NCBI GenBank assembly: GCA_905331295.1
Contig: CAJNYD010000003.1
Coordinates: 62,001-126,000, forward strand
Length of the DNA: 64,000 bases
Direction: 5' to 3'
Source of the DNA: Rotaria socialis
Lineage: Eukaryota
The notes beneath the pieces were generated by a model. The model was not told the DNA's origin. It saw nothing but the letters and a program-made list of their open reading frames with translations, and did no database searches. This document shows positions 12,241 through 25,112 of this stretch, piece after piece; within the stretch, counting starts at the first letter, position 1; each line of letters opens with the position of its first letter. The translations under genes and the position numbers were made by a program.

Positions 12241-14616
12241 ATGAATTTGGAAAATTTTGGCGATGAAGTTGATATTTTCATACGAATAAAACTGTGACGT
12301 TTTCTCATTTCTATGTTGTTTATGCCAGAAGAAATATTGTGCAAAAATATATTGTTGATTTTATTTCAATAATGCGTTTCATGCGCGAACGATCAAATGT
12401 TATATGTCTTCATGGACGTTATCACATATCTGCATCAGCTCTCAATGCACCTTGCTTATCCAGTAATGATGATAATATTGATGTAACACTCGATATTCTT
12501 CTATTACCAAATGAAATAACTGTTGAAAATCTTCTCGAAGCTTTGAAATCTTCATTTATTTCTGAAGATGGAAAGGCTTTTTTCATTGAAAATGCTATTA
12601 ATCTGGTGAAGGCAGTAAAGGGCGTTGCTAGATGTGTATCAGGTAAAGGGAATGGTACATGTTATAGAGTAGGACCTACTTGTGTAGCTACCAATTATCA
12701 TGTAGCACAGATTGTTCTCAATCCTCCTCGACATAGAATTCCTATGTTCATTGATGAATTTAATATCGAATCTTCATTCGGTATCATCAAATCTTATTTT
12801 ACTGATGAAGGTTCTCAATGGAAGAAATTTTATCCCGTAGCATCAAAATATGAATATAATGGTACAGATAATTCTGAAGCGTTTCAAAAGCATATCAGAA
12901 TGGATCCTCTTCTCGGTGTTCAAAATGATTTTGATTATCCAGATTATTGTGTTGTCTCATTGATGCATCAACTTGAATCTCATGTTTTATTTGTTCCATC
13001 GATGCGTGTTGCTCAAGTTGGCCAAGCAATAGCAACTATCAGTTTTCCAGGTTTAGAAGGTGAGAGATATTCATAGTCTAGAAGAAATACTGAAGTTAAG
13101 ATCAATTCAAAGATTTCATTTGTGGAAAACAACAAAAAGTTTTTCTTTGCAAAAAATCTTGAAGCAAAAAAGAACATTTTTTTATTGTGATCATTGATTC
13201 GAAGTTGACTGTAAATTGATCAGCAATTGATTTTGTTTTAGGAATGCGACAAGAAGATATATCTGCCACTCGATATCGGAATTCTTTAACAACTGTATTT
13301 CCGATTGTGGAAAACCTTATGGGTGGTTTTGGTAAACGTAAGTTGTTTCATTTAATCATATGCAGAATTGATCAAAATAGGTTTCTACCATTGATCGATT
13401 CTGTTGAATTAAGTTTTGCATTAATTTTTGACCCATTCTGGTTCGATTTTCTGTCGATGTTTGAATTGAATTTGAAATAAAATTTTGAGAATGTCCTTCT
13501 GGATAATTAAGACATCGTGAGAACGAAATTTCGAGCGACGATAAGCGTCAATTAGTTGATTCTGACTCGAATTTGGCGTCGATTTAGCATTGATTTAGTT
13601 CAGTTCTCCGTGACTTTTTTGGTGAAAATCCAATCGATAGTCAATTTTGAAATTGATTAAATATTTTTGATCAATGATAATATGATTAAAAGAAAAATGT
13701 TCTTCCTTTTCAAGTGTATTTGACAAAGATTGATAAGCATCAAAATGAACTTGTTTCCATTCAACCCGTTTCTGTTATATCGATAATGATTTTTACCAAG
13801 AAATCTATCTTTGCTGAAAAGTCTCATGATAGAAGTGAAAAAGTTAGACGAGTAGTATTTGAGAATAAAACTAAAGACGAGATCGTTGCACTGATTAAAG
13901 TGTTTTCATTTCCTTTTGATTCTCAAGTTAAATGAAATTCTTCATTCGAAAACTCATTGAACATTATTGTGAAATTGTTTTCTTGAATAGGCACAGTTAG
14001 TTATGGTCGAATTCTTGCTCCATTTAAATTAGATGATAATCATCAATTATGGATTGAAGATTCTGAAAAAAAATTTACTATTGAAAATGAATGTATTTTA
14101 TCAAATGAATGCCTTTTAAATGGATCATCTGGAGGACCTGTTCTCTTGGATGGTTTTAAAACAAGTTCAACCATCGATCGAAATGGAAATCAATGGACTT
14201 TTGTTGAATATTCAGCTATTCATTTTGGTGGTGAATATGTATGTTTCAAAGTAGAAATTATCTTGTCATGAGATTTCTCAAAGAATTTCATTTGTTTAAT
14301 TGAATTAAACTTCAAAAAAATTCGTTCAATTTTATGATTTTAGGTTCCATGTTGTGAATGTTTATCCGTTAATCCGATCAAACGTGAATGGTATACAAAT
14401 CTAAATGATCTAGTCGAATTACCACATTGCTCAACATGTCGAAATGGTCCAAATGGGCGACAACCAATTGTGTACAATTTTTCTTTGACAGTTCATCATC
14501 CATCAATTGTCGAATCTTATCGCATGTTGACAAAGGATTTACTTGAAACATTTGACATTGATCAACTAAAACTGTTCAAAGAATATTTTGATCATTATCA
14601 AATCAATCTTGATTGA
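12241..14616 (+). CDS. Trypsin-like (PA clan) serine protease without signal peptide, with a CxxC...CxxC insert
   Basis: Exons ~12329-13059, 13242-13337, 13991-14238 and 14344-14616 join in frame. Catalytic motifs GTCYRVGPTCVATNYHV (H), PDYCVV (D), LLNGSSGGPV (S), then AIHFGG. The first exon 12241-12293 needs a 35-nt intron and is tentative. Confidence 0.8.
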
Positions 14617-14947
14617 GTCCGATTCTTTTGTTTTCTGTTTCATTTTTTGATTCATTCGATTTCAAAAAACAACTGTGAAGAAAAAAGTATTTTTTTTTAC
14701 TGGTTCTCACTAAAACAAACAAAGAATTTGATGTTTGAATCAATGCTGAAAAAAATCCTATCGATCTTATGCCATAGCAATATCAAGTTCTCATCCCTGG
14801 TGAATCAATTGGTGAAGACAGAGAAGAGATTCATGACAAGAAGACACAAATAAATTGATTTAGAAAGTTAGCTTGATAAATTCTATCAATTTCAAGAGTA
14901 ATAGTCTCAAAATAAATGTTCGACTTATCAAGATGAATCAGCAAATA

Positions 14948-15536
14948 CTAATATCCATTTCAAATTAAAAGAAGGGTGAGTATTTTTTGAATAAGTTTTG
15001 AAAAAGACTACAGACAGAGAGATGGGGTTTTCACCGTTTGAAAGAGGAAGCGAAACTTCATCGAATCTTGATTCTCAGATTTTTCTGGCAAGCTTTCTCA
15101 GGGCTACTCGTCAAATTTTTGAAGCAGAAAACGCTGTGTCATGTAAAAGGTTTTTGAATTGTAACTATGAGTGAGTTGTGAGCCAAAATCAACAACTAAA
15201 GTTCAGTAATCTATGTAAGTCCGACATTAAAACGTTAAGTCGATCAAAAGTTATTAACAATTTGGCATACGTTTTCGGTAGATTTTTCATCAAAATTCAC
15301 TTTTTTCAAAGTTTTTGATGAAAGCTAGACCCCTTCAACTTGTTAAAAAGACATTTGTTTTTGAAAGAACTTGACGGATATCCCCGAAAAAACTTATCAG
15401 AAAAATCTGATATTCAAAATTCGATACAGTTTCGTGTCCTCTTTTAAACGGCGAAAATCGGATGCCATTATCTAGTTTCTATCAGAAACTATTCAAAGAA
15501 ATATTCATCCTTCTTTTAATTTGAAATGGATATTAG
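14948..15536. mobile_element. MITE (~590 bp) with long imperfect TIRs
   Basis: ctaatatccatttcaaattaaaagaagg at the left end matches ccttcttttaatttgaaatggatattag at the right end; inverted similarity continues inward. Flanks are TA and TT. Confidence 0.85.
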
Positions 15537-15835
15537 TTGAAATGATCGATCAATTGATTGTTTCGCTAATTGAGTACACATAATCAGATTTATTTGAATC
15601 CATCAATTGTTTTCTTTTCTTGCCATTTGTCTTAGTGATGATCGAATCATTGAAGAGTATGTATTTCAACTTTCATTTGAAATATTTCAAAATGTTAAAT
15701 CAAATTGTTCAGTTGTGTTTTTTCTTTGTTTTAGAAGTGAGAACTTGATGATTTTTTTTTCGACAGATTTCTGAAATATTTATTCAACTTCTTTGGAGTT
15801 CGATGTGGAAAATCAGTCAATTGTAAAGAAATAGG

Positions 15836-16020
15836 CCCCGGTCGTTCATTCCTACAATCGGATCCAATCGGATCTGGAAATGGGTTGCATCGGATCTTAC
15901 ATGAAAACCGACAAGAACCAACAGATTTCGTCGGATTCCGGGTTTCGGGCCGAGATTCGGATCAGTAGGATCAGAATCCGACACTATCCGATCGTAACCT
16001 ACTCTGGCATCCGATACATT
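15836..16020. repeat. GC-rich tcgga/tccga repeat; probable MITE half
   Basis: Starts ccccggtc and is dense in atcgga/tccga motifs, sharply higher GC than its flanks. Confidence 0.5.
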
Positions 16021-17441
16021 CATAATAACTTAGTTAGATTTCACAATAATTTTATTTAAAAAAATTTGAAAGTTTCGAGAATTTTTATCTGTCAGAGAAG
16101 AGAATTCGATATTCAATATTATGCTATTTCAATTTAGTTCATTTTTAACAATTATGCAACAAACCATTGTGAAACGATTGACATAACAAAAAAAACTACA
16201 GAAGACTTTTGTAAAAACGAATGAATCTTTTTAGAGATTTCTCTTTTGAATAATAAAAATGTTGAGCGATATTAAACATTGTTAAACTTAATTAAAAAAC
16301 CCTGATAAACAAGGTTTCAAATAATTTCTAATAGTTCTGTTGAGAGCGAAAATTATTTAATCCTTAAAAATATTTATGACATTGTATGTATTAATTTTAA
16401 TTTTTGTAAATATTTTCTTAATGTAAAAGCTGAATACGATTTTAGAATTGAAATTGCTAAATACTCGATTATCATAATCTCTTAATTCAAAATTATCGTT
16501 ATCGAATTTTATTTTCAATCTTAATTATATTGTATATTCTTTGCATACGCATTACATGATGTGTTGTCTTTTATTTATTTTTATAATCTCAAACATGGAA
16601 TTCATTAGACTCAAAAACTGAAAATGAAAATTTTAGGAGTTAAGTCTAACGAAGGATTTATTGGAATTGAATCGACTACATTCAGATAAACTACAAAGAT
16701 ATTGAGAAAAAATTGGATGTTTCACTTATTTTGGTGAAGATATTCCATCGTTACCATATTCTTCGAAATGTCAGATTATTGATTTTTTCTATTAGTATTT
16801 TGAGACGAGAGTCATACAGCGATGACCTTTACCGTTAATAAATATCATAAAAAAACGATCATCTTCGTAGGAATCAGCTAAGATTCCGAAGTCTATACAA
16901 AATATTCACCATACTTCATAAGACCCACGAAGTGCATAATATTATCCGGAATGAAAAGCGATTAGCCAATCACCAAGATTTTCCTTATTTAAACATAGAA
17001 AAACAGATATCTATTCTAATAACTTTAACTAATTCTACTGATTTCAATCAATCCTCAAGGTACATATTCAATTACTCGCACGTAGTTTTATTTCTATCAG
17101 AATCGAATAGAATAGAATGTGGTGTAAAATTTCATCGATCACATTTGACTTCTGTAGATGTAAAATAGACTGAAAGGTAATACGTTTACTTTTTGTTTTT
17201 ATCTTTCTATTCGAATAGAATAAGTAAAGAATAATATCACTTAACGTTGCTCCTAGAAAGTAAAAATTAAAATTTTGAAAAAATTCATTAATCTACAAAT
17301 AAAAGGTAAAACTAATATTCATTCTTCTAATTGCTTAAACATAATGATATTTATTATCATTCATTCATTATTTGTCTATCACTTTTTTAGTTTCATATTT
17401 CATATTAAGAGGATTTGCAAAAGTTCAACGAGACAGTTTCA

Positions 17442-17720
17442 ATGATGTTTTCGTCACGAATGTTAATTTACTTGTTGATTGTATTATTGTTGTTAATTTA
17501 TTATTGTGAAGCACAACACGAAATACGCAAAGCAATAAAAACTAAAACTAACAGAAAAATTAACGAAGGAACACAAACAATTCAACGTGGAAAACAAACC
17601 ATTCGGCGTGCTAAGAATCAAGCACGAGCACCATTTGATCAAGCAAATTCAAAAATAAACAAAAAATATCAAAATACACGAAGAAAAATGCAAGCCATAG
17701 AAAACATTATAAAATCGTAA
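17442..17720 (+). CDS. Small secreted, highly basic protein (92 aa)
   Basis: MMFSSRMLIYLLIVLLLLIYYCEA looks like a signal peptide with a CEA/Q cleavage site. The mature part is K/R/Q/N-rich and has no Cys. Single exon. Confidence 0.65.
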   Translation: MMFSSRMLIYLLIVLLLLIYYCEAQHEIRKAIKTKTNRKINEGTQTIQRGKQTIRRAKNQARAPFDQANSKINKKYQNTRRKMQAIENIIKS

Positions 17721-18889
17721 TTTTTTCTTGTAATTAATTTTCAGTTTTATATCGTGCTGTAATTTGCTGAATTCTTATTGATCAATAATGCCGTAGATAT
17801 TCTTAATTACTTTAAATAGATGATATTTACGAAACATTATCAATATATTCTACTCTCTTATATATTATTCTTATCTTGTAGAGATATTGCCGGCAATTGA
17901 TTTAACTTTAAAAAAAGAACACTTTTAATATCGAACAATTTTGTCTTTTTTAAGGCCATATTATAAAATAAATGACGAATGTTATTTGATTCATATTGAT
18001 ATACATGCAATGTGATGATTTATTTTTAAAACAATGATGATTAATCTTAACTAAACTACAAGATATAATTCATGAGGTGATATTATTATATTTGTTCATT
18101 TAGTTGAACAAATGGTCATTGTATTCATTTTAGATAAATTTTTTAACATATCTCAATCGCCTTGGATTTATACAGAATTCTTTACTTTGTGAAAGAGAAA
18201 ATTTTCAAAAGGAATAAATTTTCTAATTTACCAAAATAATAGTTCACGCTCAAAAACTCGACGAAAATATCATCGACAAATTCTTATCTCTTTGAATATT
18301 AGTTTAAAACATAGGATTTTTTCTGAGTATTTTTCTATTCAATTCAATGATCTGATTGAACATATGCTAAATATTTTCACAGAAAAATTAATCATGAACA
18401 GAATCAACCAAGCTAAAGTAATTTAACTTCACGTTTTGTGTGATCGGTAAGATGATCAAAATTTTAATAAATAAAAAGGAGTCTATTTCAAGTTTGCAAG
18501 AATTGAAAGATTAAATTAAATTAAACCATCAAATTCAGTTTTAATTAGAAATAAAAACAAATAATAATTTCTTCAAATTTATCTTACCGAAAACAATGGA
18601 GTAGAAAAAGAACAATCTAAATTTTCATTCTTAGCAACAATTATAGTATGTTAAGGTAATCAATTAAAAACTAAAACTAAAGTATAGAGTTGATTAGTTT
18701 GACCAAATTACACATATATATATATATGTTGATTAATAAAAACACTCAATTGTCAAAAAATCACATTGAAAAGCATCTATTCATATTTTTTAAGTTATTC
18801 TTGAGCTAAGTATTGGTTTCTTTTAAAATTCTGATATAATTATAATTTTGCCGATAATTATAATTATTGTATCTCGCTAGCGACATTGA

Positions 18890-19746
18890 ATGCACTTAGA
18901 CATTTTTTTTGATTAAATCATCATAGAAGCCAGACAACATTAGGAATTTTCCAACAAATTAGAGCCAAGATTCACAAACAAACATGTTTCCATCAGCAAA
19001 ATCTTTTATGAGAAAAATAATTCTAACAGTAAATTTTCAGAAGATCTTTGATAATTGTTATAGGATTCTATGGATTTCTTAAAAATACAGTATAATAAAT
19101 ACTCCCCTGTTGAAATCTATAAATTCAAATAGTTTTTGTCCTGCAGTACGCGAAGAAAAGTTATTTTTCTTTTTTAACAGAGTGAAATGAATGGTCTATC
19201 TAATAATGTTGGTATAAGATGAAGCGTTGCACCTGAAATTCTGATGTCACCAACTCAACTTCCACATGTAGATCAATAGTAACGATTATATTGTTCTTTT
19301 ATAGTAGCACTTCATTTTCTTTGTCTATTACATTCGAAGCAACGTAGATGAGTGTAGAAATTGTCATGAGGATACGTTTTCCTAGATATACACTATGTAT
19401 ATTAATCTTGATAGGACATGTTTATAGTATCACACATTTAAAAATAGCAGCTTTAGAACTTTGAGAAAACCATCTAATTTTAGTCAATTTTTGAGAACAA
19501 AAAGTTGTGAGAATAATAGATTTTAACAGGGGAGTATTTATTATACTGTATATTTAAGAAATCAATAGAATCCTATAACAATTATCAAAGATCTTCTGAA
19601 AATTTACTGTTAGAATTATTTTTCTCATAAATGATTTTGCTGATGGAAACATGTTTGTTTGTGAATCGTGGCTCTAATTTGTTGGAAAATTCCTAGTGTT
19701 GTCTGGCTTCTATGATGATTTAATCAAAAAACGTGTCTAAATGCAT
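18890..19746. mobile_element. Foldback-like MITE with ~230-bp TIRs and a TTAA-like target site
   Basis: 18890-19120 is the near-perfect reverse complement of 19516-19746. Flanks are TTGA (18886-18889) and TTAA (19747-19750). Confidence 0.9.
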
Positions 19747-21256
19747 TTAAAATCAGTATTCATCGAAATTTGAAACAGAGTGAGAATGCATCACAACATA
19801 ATAGTATTAATTAATGACAAAAAAAAGAACTTTGAGCAAATGTCTGCAAAAAGAATGTAAGACTTCATATCTATTTCGGAGGGAATAATTGTTAATCAAT
19901 TTTATAGCTTTATTATTTCAAGTAGCTCATTTTCTCTATTATTTATGGCCTATCTTGAGATATATTTGATGAGAAATTTTTCTGATTTATTAAATCTTAA
20001 TTTGGCAAGATAATTCGCAGACGATTTTGTTTCGTTTCTTAATAGTATCTATGCAGTGCTAAGTAGACTATGTATGATTCTTTTTATGAAAATTACGTAT
20101 AATTCCGAAGAAAATAGTTAGCAGATAGGTAAATGAAGGTTTTTCTGACTTTCATGTTTCATTCTAGGCTCTAGCAATTGTGGATACATGAGAAGAGGCG
20201 AAATTGATGGTTCTTTGATTTATACTTTATCATACTAACAGGTAGAAGAGAGAATTAAGAGAACAGTAAAATATTGTCGAGAGTACACGAGGACACTTCA
20301 ATGCAATTATTTTGGAGTTTATGTTTTCCGATTTATATTCTGTAATTATGATATTTTATAATTCTCTGTCATCTCGTTGCAATGAACTCTACGAACTGTA
20401 GTTAAATATTAAACATTTCATTTAGAAAATATTTCAATTTTGTAACTACTTTGATTAAAATTAATTATTATTAATTAAAAGTCAACCATAAAAACTGAAA
20501 TACATCATTGTTCACAGAAATAATAATATGTAATATATGGTTTACTTTTTGTTAGCTTATGAATAGAATAGTTGCTGAATGAAAAGTTCTAAGGCGAAAT
20601 AGTAACGAACGAAAAATAATTTTATTTGAAAAGTAACTGAGAATTTATACCTTAATATTTTCTTAATGTACGACTGGTTAGATACTTGTTTTTTTAAAAG
20701 TGAAACGTTATAGCTCTTATAAACATCTACAGTAAAACATTCAACTGTTAGGAAACATAAAATAATTTTGGTACTTAATTGAATATGTTTATTTACAAAT
20801 GATTTAGTACTAACTATGTTGATTACGTTTCATTAGAGAATCGTATTTTATTTTAGAACGTAGTCTATAAGTCCTATAAATTAGCACTATCATGAACTGC
20901 ACAGACAACTTGTTTTTTTTTGTGGAACATTCAAATTGAGACAAATACTTCAGTTGCATGGGTTGCTCATAGACACTCTCAGAAATTATTATACATGAAA
21001 GATTCATTTGAAATGTTTATTTTTCTTTTGTTCACAACTTGTTGAGGTAGATTTGGTGATTAGAGAAATTGTAAGATTAGTCTTTCTTTTTTAATTAAAA
21101 TGATATAATAACAGATAAAAAATGAAAGAAAGAAACAAACAAAAAAATAAAAGAATATTTTAACTATTATGAATGGTATGTTAAAAAATGAACCGGTTTT
21201 ATTCGTATTTTAAACGACTGATTTCGAAATTAATATTACTAGAATTGACGAATGAT

Positions 21257-22091
21257 TTATTTATTTTTAAACGAATCAAAAGTTTGTCTCAATATATCAG
21301 GACGATCCGTAAATAAAATATCAATACCAAGTTGAATCATTTCCTGTTGAACTTTCGGATCATCGAGAAGTGAACCGACTAAAGCTAAAGGTTTTCCTGC
21401 TTTATGTATTGTATCAATTAGATGTTGAGTTAACATTGCTCGTGTCTGTGGTTCAACAAAAAAGCCAAGTATATCATGTTCATACATATAATTCTCATCC
21501 AGTTTGCCTTGTTTATAATCTTGAGAAATTTTCATCATTGTTTCAATATCAGCACAAATAGGAATTGATGAAAACTTGTGTTTTTGCAATTCTTTATTTA
21601 TTGTTCGATTCACAGCACCGAAAATAACACGATTTTCAATGTTATATCGTCTAATAGTATCAAGTGTTAATGGAATAGCCTTCGTATCTTTCATATCAAA
21701 GAAAAAAACTATAGACAATATCGGTGTAAATTCAACTAAAATTTACATGTTAGTTTGGTAAAATGAAAAAAGCTCATTACATACTTAAAACTTGATCAAG
21801 TGTCACTAATTGTGAATCAAGTTTTTGTAATTGCTGAAGTGTACTTTGATTAACATTTATTCCATCGATAATTCCATCATGATTAATAACAAGATGTTCA
21901 TCATCAGTTTTCCATATATCTATTTCAAGAATATCTGTTCGAGCTTCATTAACAGCTTGACGATAAGTTTGAAGTGTATTTTCCTTTCCCCAATGGCGTC
22001 CACCGCGGTGTGATCCATGAATAGGTAATGATGAAGAAGTAAATTGAGCAAAAACTGGAAAACGAGTTGATAATTCGGGCAGTGATAACAT
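21257..22091 (-). CDS. Glycerophosphodiester phosphodiesterase (GDPD family)
   Basis: Motifs SHRGG..ENTL..DILEIDIWKTDDEHLVINHDG, FFDMK and LGIDILFTDRPD. Two exons (22091-21785, 21735-21257) with a 49-nt GT-AG intron. Confidence 0.92.
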
Positions 22092-23602
22092 TTGTTTTGC
22101 TTATGAATCATTCATTATTGCGTCTTTTATAGGTTGTTGAGTTGAGTAAAAACATATGTCGAGAAATAAAAATAAAAAGAGATCAATGAATGAATGACAA
22201 ATGTTGTGATGTCGCCTCACATAGATGGCACTACCTTCTTTAGATCAATGCTCATATAAAAGATACAATAATAGTCATAACGATAAACATGCTTTTTCCT
22301 GAGTATTCTGGTCACCCAGAGAGAAGATAAAAAATAAATCCTGAAAATATCAGTTCTACATGATTCCAACCAACATGTTCAGTCATTATTTTCATGGATT
22401 AGAAAGTTAAATTCCAATATAATAAATTAAGTTTAAAATAGATTTAATTTTCCTGTCACCTCTATTGAAATGCATGTTTTGATCAAGATTTTATAAATTT
22501 TTATTTACTCATAGAAATGAACCATTATCTTTGAAGTATACAAAAATAAATTATTCAGATATGGATTCTACAGATGGTAACAGAGAGAAAATTCACGTTA
22601 CTTTTTATTCTATCTAATATTTCTGGTTTATGTCCTATAGACGGGATTGAGAGAGTTTGTCATCTTCTAAATTATTTATTTGACTAAAAATGAAAGATTG
22701 GATTAGGTATGTAGATAAAATATTTCATTGATCCATTCTAGACTAAAACTTCAACTTTCGTGATTAATTTCAGTGCTAATATAAAAGTACTTTGTATGAA
22801 CTGTATATTCAAATTCATTCTATGATTTTCAGGACATACAATAGAATTAGCGTAACATTAATATAGTCGTTGTTTTCCTAATCATTTAGGTTAATGACTA
22901 TGTACTGATGAGTACAACAACTACACTTTTTTTTAAATGGTCGGAAACAAGTATCATTAACTAGCAAAAATTCAAGTCAAAATTGTAAACTACTTTTAAA
23001 CAAAATAAAAAGAACTTCATATGACATGGATAGCAATGAAATCAGAGATTTAAGATATATTATGTACGCTCAGTAGATATTATTATTATTAACAAATAAA
23101 ATTTGTATCACATCGAAAAATACTATAGATAGATAACATAATATTTGAAAGAAGCATTTTTTCGAAGCAAAAAAAATACGTAGAAATTAATTCTCTAAGA
23201 AATCTTCATGATGATAATAATTAATATTGATCGAAAAATGAATAACTTCATTTTCAAAATATTGCTTTGATTTCGAATTAACTTCAAATTAAGAAAGAAA
23301 AACAACTAGATAGAATAATTTATATTTAATAAATTACAAAAAAAGCGCTCATTTTTTAATTTAATTTCAAAATCTATTTTGTCGACATAAAGACAAAAAA
23401 AACGATGACGTCAATGTCACGTATGATTTATTCTCTTAATTGTTTGATGCGTGACAAATAATAAATAAGGGATAAATGCTTGATATTGTTCGAATGATCG
23501 ATGTTAGGATTTAAACAAATATTCATATGACGATAATGACACGGTCACCGGATAGAAGAATAAAAAGAACTCGAGAAAGAAGTAAGAATAAAACAACACA
23601 CA

Positions 23603-24130
23603 TCACAAATTGGGCAAGTCATGTATATCGAAAGAACAATCTCCAAATGTGGTTCGTTCAAAATCAAGTATTGCTTCAACATCTAAATCAAATGTTGAAC
23701 TTGGAATTGGTTCTTGTGTATGATTAGGCATTTGTAAATCCATCGATGACGCTGGCATTTGATTAAATAAAAGATTTGTTGATGGTGACGGTGAAGGTGA
23801 TGGAATCGATGGTGGAGTTGAAAGAATTTTTCGTCTTTCATTATTCGATTTTGATTTATTCATCTGATGGCGCATTATCGCTACGACCATTCGACGAAAC
23901 AATGGACTTGAACGATCCATTGTTTTCAATTGTTTACTTAATTTTGATGATATCATTTGATCTATTTCATAATCGCTATGAGATGGTGACGGAGATTGTG
24001 AACTAACTGAAGGAGATTTTGATAATGATGAATATGTACTATCAATACCTAAAGAGAAATCAATTAAGAAACAAAGAACAAAAAAGTTTTTCTTTTTCTC
24101 AAAACAACTAAACCTGAATTAAAATTATTG

Positions 24131-24171
<41 letters not shown>

Positions 24172-25112
24172 TGATGTCGAAGGAGGTGATGATTTTAACA
24201 TATCATGTAATATATTTGGCATTGGTTGTGTTGATACATACGATGGGTCTTGAGAATTATTTTGTAAAAGACTATATAAATTTTTATTCATATCTCTAAC
24301 AGATGTAAATGATCGTTGATTTGATGTTGATGATGAATATATATCATTTGATGATGAAGGAATTTGTTCATTAGAAAACAAATAATCAAATGATGTTGGA
24401 TTTGAATTGTCATTGGACACTGTTTTAGTTAGACGACGTCTTTCAGTTTTTGTAGAATTTTCATTTGATTGAACTCGTCTTCGACCACGAACTTGTTTCG
24501 CTCGAGGATCAATTGTCCACCAACTTGATTTACCTGCTATTTCATTTGGAATACGAACAAATCGATTATGCAATGATAAATTATGACGAATAGAATTCTA
24601 AACAACAACAAAAAACAGAAGTTTTCTTTATTTGTTTATTTTCTCTTTTGAAGAATAAATGAATGAAATAATACCTTCCATCCTGTGCTACTTTTTCTAT
24701 CTCCTTTATCTCTAAAATAAGGAACATATTGAATCATCCATGAATAAATTTGAGAAAGTGTTAATCGTTTGTTTTGACTATTTTCAATGGCTTTAGCAAT
24801 TAATTCAGCATAAGATAAATTTCCCCAAGCATTTTTTCTTGATGTTTGTGGATCATTTAGGCCAAGTTCTTTTTCAATTAATAATGCTAATCTTGGATCA
24901 TATTCTACAGTTGCTCTACAATTACTAGTCGATGTTGCTTCTAATTGCTCATCTGAAGGAAAATCTTCATCTTTTTGTACTTGCTCACAAAAATCATCAA
25001 TAAACGATGAATGATAATTAGACGTGGTACTAGTTAATGATGATGAGTATAAATGTTTTCCATTTGAATTTTCATCAAAATCATCAAGAATAGAGGAAGG
25101 ACTTGAAAGCAT
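23603..25112 (-). CDS. FOXO: Forkhead box O transcription factor
   Basis: SRKNAWGNLSYAELIAKAI..KRLTLSQIYSWMIQYVPYFRDKGDRKSSTGWK|NSIRHNLSLHNRFVRIPNEIAGKSSWW, with an intron at WK/NS. Akt-like site RRRVQS; C-terminal FDLDVEAIL. The 5' end is uncertain. Confidence 0.93.
24129..24172 (-). repeat. (AAT)n microsatellite encoding poly-Asn in FOXO
   Basis: (att)n run on the + strand; translation NNNNNNNNNNNNNDNN. Confidence 0.9.

Noticed and set aside
15817..16023. 68-aa ORF
   Set aside because: Lies in a GC-rich repeat and is open by composition.
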